Shown here: positions 1 to 12,079 of the stretch, piece by piece | Position numbering within the stretch: position 1 is the first letter of the stretch | How the letters are laid out: the number at the start of each line of letters is the position of its first letter | DNA from: Octopus bimaculoides | Lineage: Eukaryota | Assembly (NCBI RefSeq): GCF_001194135.2 | Contig: NC_068992.1 | Location: forward strand, 10,704,337 to 10,768,336 | Length of the DNA: 64,000 bases | Direction: 5' to 3' | Position numbers and translations under genes: made by a program | The notes under the pieces: model-generated | What the model saw: the letters and a program-made list of their open reading frames with translations, nothing else | The model's database searches: none | Told to the model about the DNA's origin: nothing

Positions 1-324
1 TGAGATACAGTGCTCAAGTTTTCAGTAGGAGCATACAGTAATTATTTACTAAATCATTTTTATAGCTGTTATTATTATTATTGTTCAGTAGTTTTATTTT
101 TATAACGTGCTTTCACTTCACTACCGAGCACAGCTCTGTGTGCCTTGGGTACATGCTGTGGTTTACTGTGATGCTCTTATGGTTACTGTATTAAAAGTGT
201 TTTGCGTAGGATGTGTGCAGTGCCCAGAAATGCAATTTTCTGTATGTTATATATACTTGTAAGTCCTCGTGTTTTTGCTATGTATTTGTCCGAATATTTT
301 TTTATCATACACCTACAATGATAG

Positions 325-346
325 GGATTATTATTATTATTATTAC

Positions 347-382
<36 letters not shown>

Positions 383-406
383 TATTATTATTATTATTAT
401 TATTCT

Positions 407-453
<47 letters not shown>

Positions 454-466
454 TTACTACTACTAT
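325..466. repeat. Compound (TAT)n/(TAC)n trinucleotide microsatellite
   Basis: Directly visible; explains the poly-I/T/Y ORFs 213..584 and 269..469. Confidence 0.98.
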
Positions 467-640
467 TAGCTGGACGAAATGCTTAGCAGTATTTTGTGCC
501 CATCACTTCGTTCTGAGTTCAAACTCCACTGAGGTCAACTTTACCTTTCATCCTTTCAGGGTCGATGAATTAAGTACCAGTTAATTTATCCCTCCTTCTA
601 AATTTCGGACCTTGTACCTATAACAGAAAAGATTATTTCT
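467..640 (+). mobile_element. SINE-like repeat, family A (tRNA-like head: gagctggcag...gttctgagttcaaat...ctttcatcctttcggggtcgat...aagtaccag)
   Basis: The same motif series recurs more than 15 times in the window on both strands; B-box-like gagttcaaa. Confidence 0.85.
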
Positions 641-900
641 TTTTACCATAGGTTTTGTTGGAACTCCTGGAGTCTTCAATGCCTGCAACCTATGGTGCCA
701 TGCTATCTGTTCTTTTCAATTATCTAATACTTACCTAATTATTCTGGCTGTGCTAAGGAGACAAGCCTTTTGTAACAGTTCTCCAATTTCCTTTATATTT
801 CTCATGATACCTTCTAATACTATTATTCTCAAGGAACCAACAATAATTGGCACTTTTTTTCACCTTCTTCATTCTCCATAGTCAGGATATTTCGTACTTA
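640..900 (-). mobile_element. Decayed C-terminus (restriction-like endonuclease region) of an R4/Dong-like non-LTR retrotransposon
   Basis: Minus-strand translation KYEIS*LWRMKKVKKVPIIVGSLR...LLQKACLLSTARIIR*VLDN resembles the RLE-clade C-terminal pattern LW.LKKV.VIPVVIGALG...LQK..LLGTARILRKVL. Confidence 0.75.
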
Positions 901-911
901 AGAGGGTTGTA

Positions 912-945
<34 letters not shown>

Positions 946-979
946 ATTATTGTTGTTGTTGTTGCTACTATTACTATTA

Positions 980-1350
980 AGGCAACCAGCTGGCAGAATT
1001 GTTGGCAAAATTCTTAGTGGCATTTTGTCCAACTTTATGTTCTGAGTTCAAAACCCACCAAGGTCGACTTTGCCTTCCATCCTTTTGGTGTTATTAAAAT
1101 AATTATCAGTTGAGCACTGGGGTAGATGCAATCGACTTATCCACGCCATTGAAGTTGCTGGCCTTGTGCCAAAATTTGAAACCATTATTAAAATTATTGA
1201 GGCATTGAGCTGGCAAAATCATCATCATGCTGGACAAAATTCTTAGCTGTATTTTATCAGTTTTTACATTTTTAGTTCAAATTCTGCTGAGGTTGATTTG
1301 CTTTTTATCTTTTCAGGGTCAATAAAATAAGCAACAGTTGAGCACTGGGG
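980..1350 (+). mobile_element. Two head-to-tail SINE family A copies
   Basis: Family A motifs at about 980-1185 and 1200-1350. Confidence 0.8.
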
Positions 1351-1364
1351 TAAATGGAAACCCA

Positions 1365-1565
1365 CCTTGTGTGTGTGTGTGTGTGTGTGTCCTACATCTT
1401 GGTGACTTGTGTTGGTTTGTTTACCTATACATAACTTATCAGTTTAAGAAATGTGACTGATAGATTAAGTACCAGACTTGAATAAAAAAAATTGTAAGTA
1501 CAGGGGCTGATTTGTTTGACTAGACCCTTTGGCTGCAGTCCAATGACTGAGACAAGTATAAGATA
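1365..1565 (+). mobile_element. 3' half of SINE-like family B (after a GT tract; ends gactgagacaagtataaga)
   Basis: Similar to the 3' half of the complete copy at 8158-8625. Confidence 0.65.
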
Positions 1566-2004
1566 CAAGATGTAAATAAATGCATCTGGCATTTTGTCTA
1601 ACACTCGTTATTCTGTTAATCTTGCACTAATATCCAGAAAATGCTGAATTTCTGGGATTGCTTGTGAAATCCATCCAAGAAATTTAAAGCTGAGTCTAAA
1701 TAACTTGGATTAAAAAGGCCCCCGCTTTTGATGGCTTGACATTAATGGTATACATTTATAGAACAGTTCCAGAGATAAATGAAAATATATTTTATAATCT
1801 CTATCAAAGCAGACATTAACAAACAAGAGTGCTTATTAAATATTGTAATTTAGTACATCATTTAGACTGTGTTCATATATAATCGATCATTTCCCTACCA
1901 CACCGCTTAATCCACAGAAGATATTAAGTGAAAATAGTAAACTTTCCAGTTTCTCTATTTTTATCTGAAATATTAACTCTGAAAAACATATGTTCGAAGA
2001 GATG

Positions 2005-2007
2005 ATG

Positions 2008-2090
<83 letters not shown>
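2005..2090. repeat. (AAT)n microsatellite
   Basis: Directly visible. Confidence 0.98.
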
Positions 2091-2092
<2 letters not shown>

Positions 2093-2498
2093 CTGTATCT
2101 GTGCATACATTGATTTGTATACAGATAACAAAACAAAGAAAAAGAAAGAGGACATTATTTGACCCCACAAAAATTCTTGCTTACATCTCAAAAAATTAAA
2201 ATAAAATAATAATAATAGTAGTAATAATCACAACAACAACAAAAACAGCAGCAGCAATTTGGTGAAATAGATACAGTATGCTTTTATCATTGAAAACTTA
2301 ACTTGTGCACTGTATGGCCAAATAATCACACAGGAAGCATTACAAGTCAATTGCTTGGGAAAAGAAACCATTAAGTGCGATGTGTAGTATCTCATCACTG
2401 ATATATTTATAATTTTATATGTATTTATATGTGTGTGTGTATGTGTATGTATATACATATATCATCATATATATTTATATATATAGTATTAAAAATCT

Positions 2499-2571
<73 letters not shown>

Positions 2572-2798
2572 CACACACACATATTTATAAAGGTTTTTAA
2601 TACTATTTCAATAAGTAGCAGATTCCTCAAGTATTTATCTGTTCTATAAAATTGCTACCAATATATATTACAGAATCAATCTCAGAATACAGCTCACTTA
2701 TAGTCTGTTTTTACAGGAAAATGAAATAGAAAGACATTTATTTGTTAATCTAATTCTGTTGGTTGGATGGGTTCACACACAGACCCGTACTCATATGT

Positions 2799-2832
<34 letters not shown>

Positions 2833-2972
2833 ATGCATACAGACACAGACACGCACACACATACAAATATACATACAATTCATAATTTTTAAGCTTTTTG
2901 TAAAAGCAAAAATAATGAATAATGGCAGAAGTTTTATTATGTTCGTATAACTTTTAATATTGTGTCTGAGCA

Positions 2973-3012
<40 letters not shown>

Positions 3013-4669
3013 TCTCCAGTTGATATATATATATATGCATATATACGTACATATAGATAATATGTAAATATATATATACATACACATGTACACACACACA
3101 CACACACATATATATATGCATATGTGTGTAATACATATATATGTATATATATGGCAAATGGAAGATGGAATATACCAGAATTTATTATTAATCATGACAA
3201 TTGTTTTGACACATCTAACATTGTTCCCTTGTGGTAGGACACTCAACAACTGGTTCAAGAGCATCCAAACCTATAGACGGATGCTCTAAAAATTGCCCTA
3301 GACTCACTATCATATCACCATGGCATCCCAACAATACCTTTGCTTATTTGAGGGCCCAATGCAAGACTCTTTCTTGATATATTTGCACCTGTTCCAACAC
3401 ACGATCACAGACTCAGTCGCTCCAACTTTATATTGCTTTAAAAGAGAATCGGGCAGCTTCTGGCAGACTTTCAATAAAAGTGAATAAATGTTTTAAATAT
3501 TTCTCCTCTAAAGATAATATTTAAAACTCTTCAACTTTTCAATTAAAACATTTTCATCATATTTACTTCTACAGCAAATTGACAGAATCATTAAAGTGTT
3601 GTATAGAACATATTGCAGTATCCATCCCAGCCTCTTTGCTCTCTGAGTTCATATTCTGCCAATGTCAGCTTTGCCTTTCATCCTTTATGGGGCTAATAAA
3701 TAAAGCATCAGTCTAGTACTGGTGACAATTTTTCTCTCCTTCTTTCTTTGCTAAGTCTATCAGTCTTTCTTTCTTTTTCTTTCTTTATCTCTGTCCATCT
3801 TTTTACCTGCCTGGAAGAAATCACCAGTTGTCAGATATGAAGAGAGATAAAACCTCAGCAGGTTTAAAGATACTCAAAAAACATCATGTATCATAATAAA
3901 CTGCTTTCCAATACTCTTAGACATTGAGGACCGGAGGAAAGGCAAAACATTTGTACCTGCTTTTGATTGGTTTTGATCTCCAATCGTCATCAGCCAGGGT
4001 TCTTTTCTATGGATGCTAACATAGTAACAGATGCATTTAGAACTAAGAATTTCATGAATGAAACTACTATAAACTTCAGCTTAAAAATAGATATTCTTGG
4101 AATCCAGTCAAGTATCATAAAAAAAAATACAGCTGATTATTAATTTTATGATTGAAGAGCAGTGTGATCAAAACTAAGTGTAGGTGTAAATATTATAAGA
4201 TTTCCATTGCTAATTATTTTCATCAGATACAAATTTAAAAAGTGAAGTAAACAAAGAATCCTGTTAATAGCAGTTCAAGTCATTTAATCTTTTTTTAATT
4301 GTGAATTAACATTAGAAGAACGATATCATTTTGCATGTATAGAATTTAGTTTTGTTGGTGTTTTATGAATATTATCTCTTAATAAATTTTGCCAAGAGAA
4401 AGTAATGTCCTGTTAATGATCTTTGCAGGCCCCTCTGAGATTGGTGTTTGTTCTCTTTTATGTCTATTTTTCCATGATAGTATGGGTTAGATGAATATAT
4501 TGTTGACATTGTATTTTACAGCTGGAGGCCTTTGCTGCTGCTAATTCTCTGTCTCATTTTCAAGTGAGAGATCTCTTGCTTCATGTTTTCAATAGTGTGG
4601 AGTGAGTAGATGCTCTGTTGACAGGAGAATTGCAATAACAGTGCCCATAGCTTGTGACTTTTGCAGAGT

Positions 4670-4739
4670 GCCGGATAACTGAAGAGATGTTAGCGTGGGT
4701 TCCCACCTCAGCATCCGAAACTCGGAGTTTTATCATGGC
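4670..4739 (+). ncRNA. Type I hammerhead ribozyme motif (Penelope-like-element type)
   Basis: Helix I GATAA(4674-78)/TTATC(4730-34); core CTGAAGA 4679-85; helix II GATGTT/AGCATC with inner GTGG/CCAC; GAAA 4717-20; near-palindromic helix III ACTC-G-GAGT; GUU triplet 4727-29. Confidence 0.75.
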
Positions 4740-4835
4740 TACCGAATAAGTGTCATATATTATTTACAGATAAATTCCTCTATTTACATAATATCGAGGT
4801 CTCTTTCTTTCTTTTGTTGTCCTTCCTATCAATAA

Positions 4836-4881
<46 letters not shown>

Positions 4882-5034
4882 GCTTAAATAAATATATATG
4901 CTACAAAATTGTTTCAGTTTCCATTGACCAAATCAATTCATAAGACTTTGTTGCTGAACTTGGGCTATAATAGAAGAACTTGACCAAGGTGCTAAATAGT
5001 GAGAATTTCTTAACTGCATGGCTATGCTTATGCT

Positions 5035-5330
5035 GATCATCATCATCATCGTTTAACGTCCGCTTTCCATGCTAGCATGGGTTGGACGATTTGACTGAGG
5101 ACTGGTGAAACCGGATGGCAACACCAGGCTCCAGTCTGATTTGGCAGAGTTTCTACAGCTGGATGCCCTTCCTAACGCCAACCACTCAGAGAGTGTAGTG
5201 GGTGCTTTTACGTGTCACCCGCACGAAAACGGCCACGCTCGAAATGGTGTCTTTTATGTGCCACCCGCACAAGAACCAGTCCAGGGGCACTGGCAACGAT
5301 CTTACTTGGCTTGCCGGGTCTTAATATATT
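5035..5330 (-). mobile_element. 3' end of an RTE-type LINE or derived SINE (family C) with (GAT)n tail
   Basis: catcatcatcgtttaacgtccgctttccatgctagcatgggttggacg... is near-identical at 9050, 25795, 37040 and 45305; short tandem-repeat tails are typical of RTE elements. Confidence 0.8.
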
Positions 5331-6249
5331 ACTTAAAGTACCATTTTATGCTGTCAAGTATCCTCATACTAAATGCATGTGTGTCTCAAGTGTTTCAGTA
5401 GTGATATACACTATAATAAAGTGTGTATTTTGTGCTGTTTGCTGGAGAAGTTATCTTCTTGTAATAGGAAGCAAAAGATTTATCTTCCTTCAAATTTTTT
5501 ATTAGAGTTATTTTGATAAATTTGTTGCATTTTTTAACTTTATCTTTGACATTTTATTTTCTCTTCTGAAAACAAAATTTTGAGTGTTAAAATGTGTGTG
5601 TGCGTATTTATGTGTGAGTGTGTGTGTATGTGTATGCATACATATGGTGTACATTTATACAGACATACACACACATACACCTATACACATTAACCACAAA
5701 CATATATAGATACAGACATCCATACCTACATAATACATATGTACATAATATATACATACATACATACACACTTGTGCGTGTGTGTGTGTCTGTGTATGTG
5801 CATACATACGTAGATACAGACATATATACCTACATAATACATACATACATACACACTTATGTGTGTGTGTGTGTATGTGTGTATATGTGTGTATTTGTGC
5901 ATGTGTGTCTGTGTGTGTGTGTATACATATGATGTACATTTATACATACATACACATACACATATACACATCCATTACATACATACGTAGATACAGACGT
6001 ACATATGTACACACATACACACTTGTGTGTGTGTTTGTGTGTATGGTTAAATAAAACATAAAGAGGTTAGCAAAACTTAATAATATAAAACTTTGTACAT
6101 TTAGTATAAATTTATGTAAGGTTCGGTTTTTAAAGTTTATTCCTAAGAAGTATTAGAAAAATGTTACCTGTTATAATGCCTGTTTTTTCATTATAAGGTT
6201 GATTATTTTTTCTTTTTTTACATTATTTTGCTCACCTAAAAATGAATGA

Positions 6250-7660
6250 TTAATGTTACCAGCTGTCTAATGTTTAAGAAGATCCATATATAATCCATAT
6301 TGCAACAGCTTATATATTTATGCCAAGTAGATTACACCAGAATGAACAGATAATAAAATTCAAAAGTCAACTATAAATTATCCATCTTGTAATAATATAT
6401 TTCTTATTCACTGTGATATGTCATTGTTATGCTAAAATTATTCTAGCATTGCTTGTGTTTTACATGTTTACACATAATCAAAGATGTCTATTGGGGTGGC
6501 CAGTTCAGATCAATGGTAAAGTGCTTGGATATTCAGTTAGGTACAGCTTCTCAATATAGAGTATTATTTTTCACCTTTTATTTGTTTCAGACTTTAAATT
6601 GAATTTTGCAAAATAATTCATGCTAAAAACATTGATTCAGAATTTAAAATTAGGTAAGAATATCAACAAAATCTTTCATTCACATCAACTTTATTATTTA
6701 AGTTCTTACCCGATTCTGGAGCAAAAGCCATCAACACCTTTTCTCTGCTGTTCAAGGCTTATTGAGGGAAGTTTGCTTTTATACTAGTCAGGGGTTTTGG
6801 CCCTCTACATACCCATCTTTACTTGTGAGTGGTGGTCCACATTGGATTGACCTCTATCCTCAGAGTCACTGAGGCATATAAGCCATCACACCTCAGCAAG
6901 AACTGAACCTTGTGGGAGACATGAACTTTATTGTCTTCATATGCATTGAGATTTCCATCCAAGACAAAAACTAAAGAAGCTCATTTAATTCTTTGAGGAG
7001 GAACCTTTTCTATAAGATCTTTATTAATTAGTTTTCTAAACTTTGTTATGACTAATACTTTAATGTGTATTTGTAATGGGCTTGCTTGAAAATAAAATGG
7101 CCTGATATTTCCTTTGTGAAGAATATTAGCCTTAAAAGCCTCTTAATCTCCCAAAATAGCCCATTTCATGAATTAATAATGAACTATTAACATTCATCAC
7201 ATCCATTTGAAACAAACCATGCTCTTTTCCTTTTTGCAACATTCAGCTACAATAACATTCACAACATCTATTCTCTTATCAGTTTCTGCTAATGCATCAA
7301 AACTTCCAAAACATTTCAATGATTAATCCATCAAATTGTTTTAGTTTGAGATGAACATTTTTAACTTTGATTTATTCTCCAAATCCATCCAGAAATTGTG
7401 AGGTATTACAGTCACTTGACTGCCAGTATCAACTTGCATCTTAATGATAACATTATCAGGTTTTTCACATTAAGCATTATAATATTTGTTACACCAATAT
7501 CAAAAAGCAGAATCTTCATTTCTGATTTCTTCAATTTCTCCAATTTCTTCAATTTCTTCAACTTCTTTTTGGTAACTTTACAGACTGCCGGAAATTGGTT
7601 CTTTTCCCCACATCTAATATAACTTTTCCCATATTCATGCTATTTTGATGATGCATGCTT
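6250..7660 (-). mobile_element. Decayed Gypsy LTR retrotransposon gag-pol remnant (zinc knuckle, aspartic protease, start of RT)
   Basis: Minus-strand peptides in the expected order: YGKSYIRCGEKNQFPAVCK (gag knuckle, ~7580-7640); IKMQVDTGSQVTVIPHNFW (protease DTG motif, ~7385-7445); LKLKQFDG; MNYFAKFNLKS (RT FAKIDL-like, ~6600). Many stops and frameshifts. Confidence 0.85.
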
Positions 7661-8048
7661 ATATTCACAAAAAAGCAGCATTTATAATCAGATATATATT
7701 TGATTACAACATATGACACAGTGATATCATCATGTCATGAAGATTACCTTTCCTTTCTAATTCATTATGCATCGTGTGAAACTTTGAAATCATGCAAACC
7801 TATTTGAATGAATTAAATACATGCATTAAACTCTGGGTCATGTAGTTAAGATATGTGTTCATATAATTATCTGATGAGTGTATGTTATTAATGAGTTTCA
7901 TTTGAATTATGTCATTATTTAGCACTCAGCCCTTGAATTTCAGTTTTATCAAATTCACTAAAACATAAGAATCAATTAAGAATAACTTTGAGCCAGTTTA
8001 GTCAGATTTAAAAAGGATATATTATCAACCAGAAATGTACGATTTTTG

Positions 8049-8316
8049 CCAGTTCAAATATTCTTGGGGCATATTTGAACCCAAAAGAAAGCCGTTCACT
8101 GTGTTTTGTTGTAGAGGAAATTTCTTGCTGTAGACAAATGGTGTAAATACATCTAAAAGGTGCAGGCATGGCTGTGTGGTAAGAAGCTTGCTTACCAACC
8201 ACATGTTTCCAGGTTCAGCCCCTCTGTGTGACATCTTGGGCAAGTGTCTTCTACTATAACCTTGGGCCGACCAAAGCCTTGTGAGTGGATTCGGTAGACA
8301 GAAACTGAAAGAAGTC

Positions 8317-8368
<52 letters not shown>

Positions 8369-8874
8369 ATATATATATATATGTGTATATTTGTGTGTTT
8401 TGTGTGTGCCTTTGTGCTTGTCCCCACTGCTATCATTTGACAACCAATGCTGGTGTGTTTATGTCCATGTAACTTAGCAGTTCAGCAAAAGAGACCAATA
8501 GAATAAGTACTAGGCTTACAAAGAATAAGTCCTGAGGTTGATTTCTTCGACTAACACCCTTTAAGGCAGTGCTCCAGCATGGCTGCAGTCAAATGACTGA
8601 AACAAGTAAAAGAATAAAAGAATAAGAGAAAATTAGCTGGCAATGCCACCTGTCCAGACTGTGAGATGTAAGCATTTTGGAGTGGTTATCTTCTCTTCAG
8701 TCGCAGAAACTGGATGCAGACTTTGTGAGCTGATAAGACAGGTCGTTTCTCATGGTACTCCTGTTGTTGTACAGTGACTGGTTGTTCCAGTTGGCAACTC
8801 ACCATTTCCATCACAAATCACAGAGAATAGCTTTCTTACATGTTTGAATAAGCCCCCCGGCATATTTGAACTGG
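8049..8874. mobile_element. Putative non-autonomous DNA element with ~30-bp imperfect TIRs, interrupted by a SINE
   Basis: ccagttcaaatat (8049-61) is the exact reverse complement of atatttgaactgg (8862-74), and similarity extends to about 33 bp. No clear TSD. Confidence 0.45.
8158..8625 (+). mobile_element. Full-length SINE-like family B copy (ggtgcaggcatggctgtgtggtaagaagc... internal TA/GT tract ...gactgaaacaagtaaaaga)
   Basis: A-box-like and B-box-like (ggttcagccc) head; many related copies in the window. Confidence 0.85.
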
Positions 8875-8899
8875 TAACAAGTCAATTTTGAGGAGGGAG

Positions 8900-9048
8900 C
8901 CAGTACACAACTGGTACTTAATTTATTGACCCCCCAAAAGGATGAAAGGCAAAGTTGACCTTGGCAGAATTTGAACTCAGAACGAAGTGGCAGACAAAAT
9001 ATCGCTAAGCATTTCTCCTGGCATGCTAACGTTTCTGGTAGCTTGCCG
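8900..9048 (-). mobile_element. SINE family A
   Basis: Reverse complement of family A motifs. Confidence 0.85.
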
Positions 9049-9250
9049 CCATCATCATCATCATCATCATCATCATCGTCGTCGTCGTTTAACGTCTGAT
9101 TTCCATGCTAGCATGGGTTGGACGATTTGACTGAGGACTGGCGAACCGGATGGCTGTACCAGGCTCCAATCTGATTTGGCAGAGTTTCTACAGCTGGATG
9201 CCCTTCCTAACGCCAACCACTCCGAGAGTGTAGTGGGTGCTTTTATATGT
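9049..9250 (-). mobile_element. RTE-type 3' end (family C)
   Basis: Near-identical to the copies at 5035 and 25795. Confidence 0.8.
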
Positions 9251-9329
9251 ACATACACACACACACACATACACACACACACACACACATGTTCTTAATA
9301 TTTACTGATACATAAGCTAGGTGGCCAGA

Positions 9330-9880
9330 AGAAACAGAAACGGTTAGGTTGGTATTAAGAATTCTGCCAGAGACTGTAATCCGTAATCCAAATCATTAGC
9401 ATTTGACAATACCAGTGTATTCTGTGATAGTGGACATGTGCATGTGGCTTGATAACACTGGACATAAAGCAATGAAAATACTTCCATATCATCCAGAATC
9501 AAACGAAGTTGCTGACAGAATGATTGCAAGTGTTAAAGTGGGTTTAAAAGCATATTCACCAAGTAAAAGTTTTGTTAATGCATATTTGAGTTGTAAGCTT
9601 TTGAGTTACCAGACACTCCTTCAATTAAGAAGCTATCTTCTTAGTCCATCTACTTTGATGGGTAAATAACTGCTATCAACGTTAACAATATCTTGTGGAA
9701 CTGCATCTCTAGTTTGGTATCAATGCAGAAGAAATGATGGACTGCAACAAGTTAGATTTATATCTCGAGCAAGTAATAATACAGCAGTGATACTTAAGAG
9801 GGAAAAGTGTGAATAGCTCAAACAGATCAAATAAACAATGACACAGATATTGTCAGAGAACAAAGTGCAGATTCAGTCCC
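9330..9880 (+). mobile_element. Decayed Gypsy integrase core and C-terminal region
   Basis: KSLAFDNTSVFCD, then after a frameshift KILPYHPESNEVADRMIASVKVGLKA...LLSYQT...SPSTLMGK, matching the retroviral-type integrase motifs SDNA.EF, PYHPQSNGLAER and SP..LMGR. Confidence 0.85.
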
Positions 9881-10763
9881 TCAAGCTTTGAATGCTATTC
9901 TCAATTCTATTATTAAAGATTGGGATTTCATAACCGATACAGGAACAAACATTGCAAATGGTATTAGATACAGTTCTCAAACAAAAAGAATTACATCGAT
10001 TTGTTTCTGGGAAATGTAATAGCGTTGTCATGCTAAGCATAGCGTGCATCTTTACATGTTTACAGTGATGGAAATTATTTAAGGTGACTACCATTCTATA
10101 CCAGGGAGCTTTGCTAGTCAGTTGTATAAAGCTTTTCTCGAAGGAAAGGGTTAAATATGACTATAATTTTATTCAGATAAATTTAGTATAACACAACACA
10201 CTGACACAATGCCACGGGTTTTGTGTAATCAACTGAATAAACCCCAGCATATAACTGGTACTTTATTTCCTTAACATTATAGAGATGAGAGATAAAGTCA
10301 ACTATAGTGATATCTCAATCGTCAATCTACTGTGAAGAAACTAAATACAGCAACCATTTACTCTAGTGATGCCCAGTAAGTCATATCCATGGCTTTTGGT
10401 AGAATTTAATATTTCTGATTTGCTTTTGTTCTCTTACAATCGCATTCCAATTCATAAGGGAAGAATATATAATTGAATGAATCCTGTCCATCACACAACA
10501 GATTCTTGATCCATTGCTCTTGGGAAGGTAAAAACACAGCAACACCCATGTTGCGTCAAAATAATGGTCATGTCATTAGAAAGTTTACTCCTCAATTATT
10601 TAGTTTCAGGTTCAGTTCCTGTGTGAAATTTTAGACAAATGACTTCTTCCATAATCTTTGACTGATGACAACAGTCTTATGAGTACATTTGTCAGAAGGA
10701 AACTGAAAGGAATGCATCATATATGTANNNNNNNNNNAGAAGGAAACTGAAAGGAATGCATCA

Positions 10764-10838
<75 letters not shown>

Positions 10839-10964
10839 TTGTTGGTAACTCTGTCTGTCTGTCTGTATGTATGTATGTATGTATGTATGTGCATGTGTGT
10901 ATGTATGTGCATGTGTGTATGTATGTGCATGTGTATGTGTGTGTATGTGCTTGTGCTTCCTTGT

Positions 10965-11190
10965 CACGACGTTGTGTGATAGATGTAAATGAGCCTCACC
11001 ATCACATGAGAGGTATTGCTTATTTCCAATCTTCCAAAAACTGTGTAGATATGAGGAAATATTCCCTTGCTTGGAAACAGATGAACATAGGTGACAAGAA
11101 GGGGATTTAGCCATAGAGAATCTGCCTCAACAAATTCTATCTGACCCATGCAAGCATCAAAAGTGGACATTAAAATGTTGATGAGAGAGA
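10965..11190 (+). mobile_element. Degenerate RTE-type 3' end (family C, sense orientation)
   Basis: ...ggggatttagccatagagaatctgcc...acccatgcaagcatcaaaagtggacattaaaatgttgatga resembles the reverse complement of family C. Confidence 0.6.
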
Positions 11191-11795
11191 CTGACATAAT
11201 ATTGATACTGTATTAATAAAACATGTACTTTAAATCTATAATCAGGCAAATTTCCACTGCCTTCTTTTGCATGTATCGATATTTTGAGATTTATGAACTT
11301 TCTATAACGGAATGGTATGGCTGTTGGCATGATATATCTGCTTCATTATTGATGAAGCCAGTTGCATCAACTCTTTCCAGATCAACCATAACACCCTGAC
11401 CCAACAAAATCATGGTCAAAGACATGGCCCTCATGACCATTATTCAATCTTATTTTCAGACATGTATATCTAAGATTATATTCTCTAAAATGTCCCTTCT
11501 TTTAATAGCACAGTCCAATTTGAGAGAGACTGGGCTGCTACTTCTTGCAAATTCACCTACCACATAAGGAGTTCCTCATTGACACAAAAGCTAATGCTTA
11601 CTTTACTGAGGTAACAGAAGTATTTTTTAATAAAGTTTGCTTTAAAACTCTGATGTTTATGCTTATAGTTTCATCCACTAAGTTCAAACTCTAGAAATGT
11701 GCATACATTGTCAGTTAGCTTGTGATCATTTGCTTGTTTCTTTAATTCATTGATATGGGTGGTCAAGCTCTGCAATAATAACTTACAGAACCTTG

Positions 11796-12079
11796 TTAAC
11801 CTATTACCTCCCATAATTCTATCAACTGGAATTTTTTTTATGAAACTTTGATTTCTAGCATAAAACAGCCTTAGAAACACGCTGGAATGATCAAAATAAC
11901 ATTTAAAATAGAAATAAGCGAGATATTGGGTGAAAAATTAGCAAACCTCATTTGAATATCAGAGAAATATACCTAGTAGATATAGCAAAAAGGTTAGATA
12001 TGTGTAAATATTGACAGATAATTACGAAATTTGTAATTTTTAAGTGATCTCATGAGATCACTGGTAGGTAATGGGTTAA
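11796..12079. mobile_element. piggyBac-type MITE (TTAA target duplication, CC-starting TIRs)
   Basis: TTAA(11796-99)+cctattacctccca versus the reverse complement of the right end, cccattacctacca, followed by TTAA(12076-79): 12/14 match. Perfect 18-bp palindrome gtgatctcatgagatcac at 12044-12061. Confidence 0.75.

Noticed and set aside
3950-4000. Minus-strand CTGATGA-c-GATTGG...CCAATC-aAAA hammerhead-like remnant, with a 69-codon open frame upstream
   Set aside because: G12 is missing and helices I and III do not pair; at most a dead relic, and the peptide was not recognised.
6700-6780. Apparent minus-strand exon QTSLNKALNSREKVLMAFAPES|gtaag
   Set aside because: No credible acceptor, an in-frame stop immediately upstream, and it lies within the Gypsy remnant interval.
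7748-7799. Short splice-bounded open frames, e.g. 7748-7799 (-), about 2345-2398 (-), 11708-11770 (-), 13400-13475 (+), 50593-50636 (+)
   Set aside because: Frames of 15-26 codons with plausible splice sites are expected by chance in 64 kb; no recognisable homology.
8660-8702. Minus-strand CTGAAGAG...CTCcaaaa motif
   Set aside because: Lacks GAAA, the NUH triplet and helix I complementarity.
10694-10771. 34-bp direct repeat either side of a 10-N gap
   Set aside because: Typical unmerged contig overlap, i.e. an assembly artefact.
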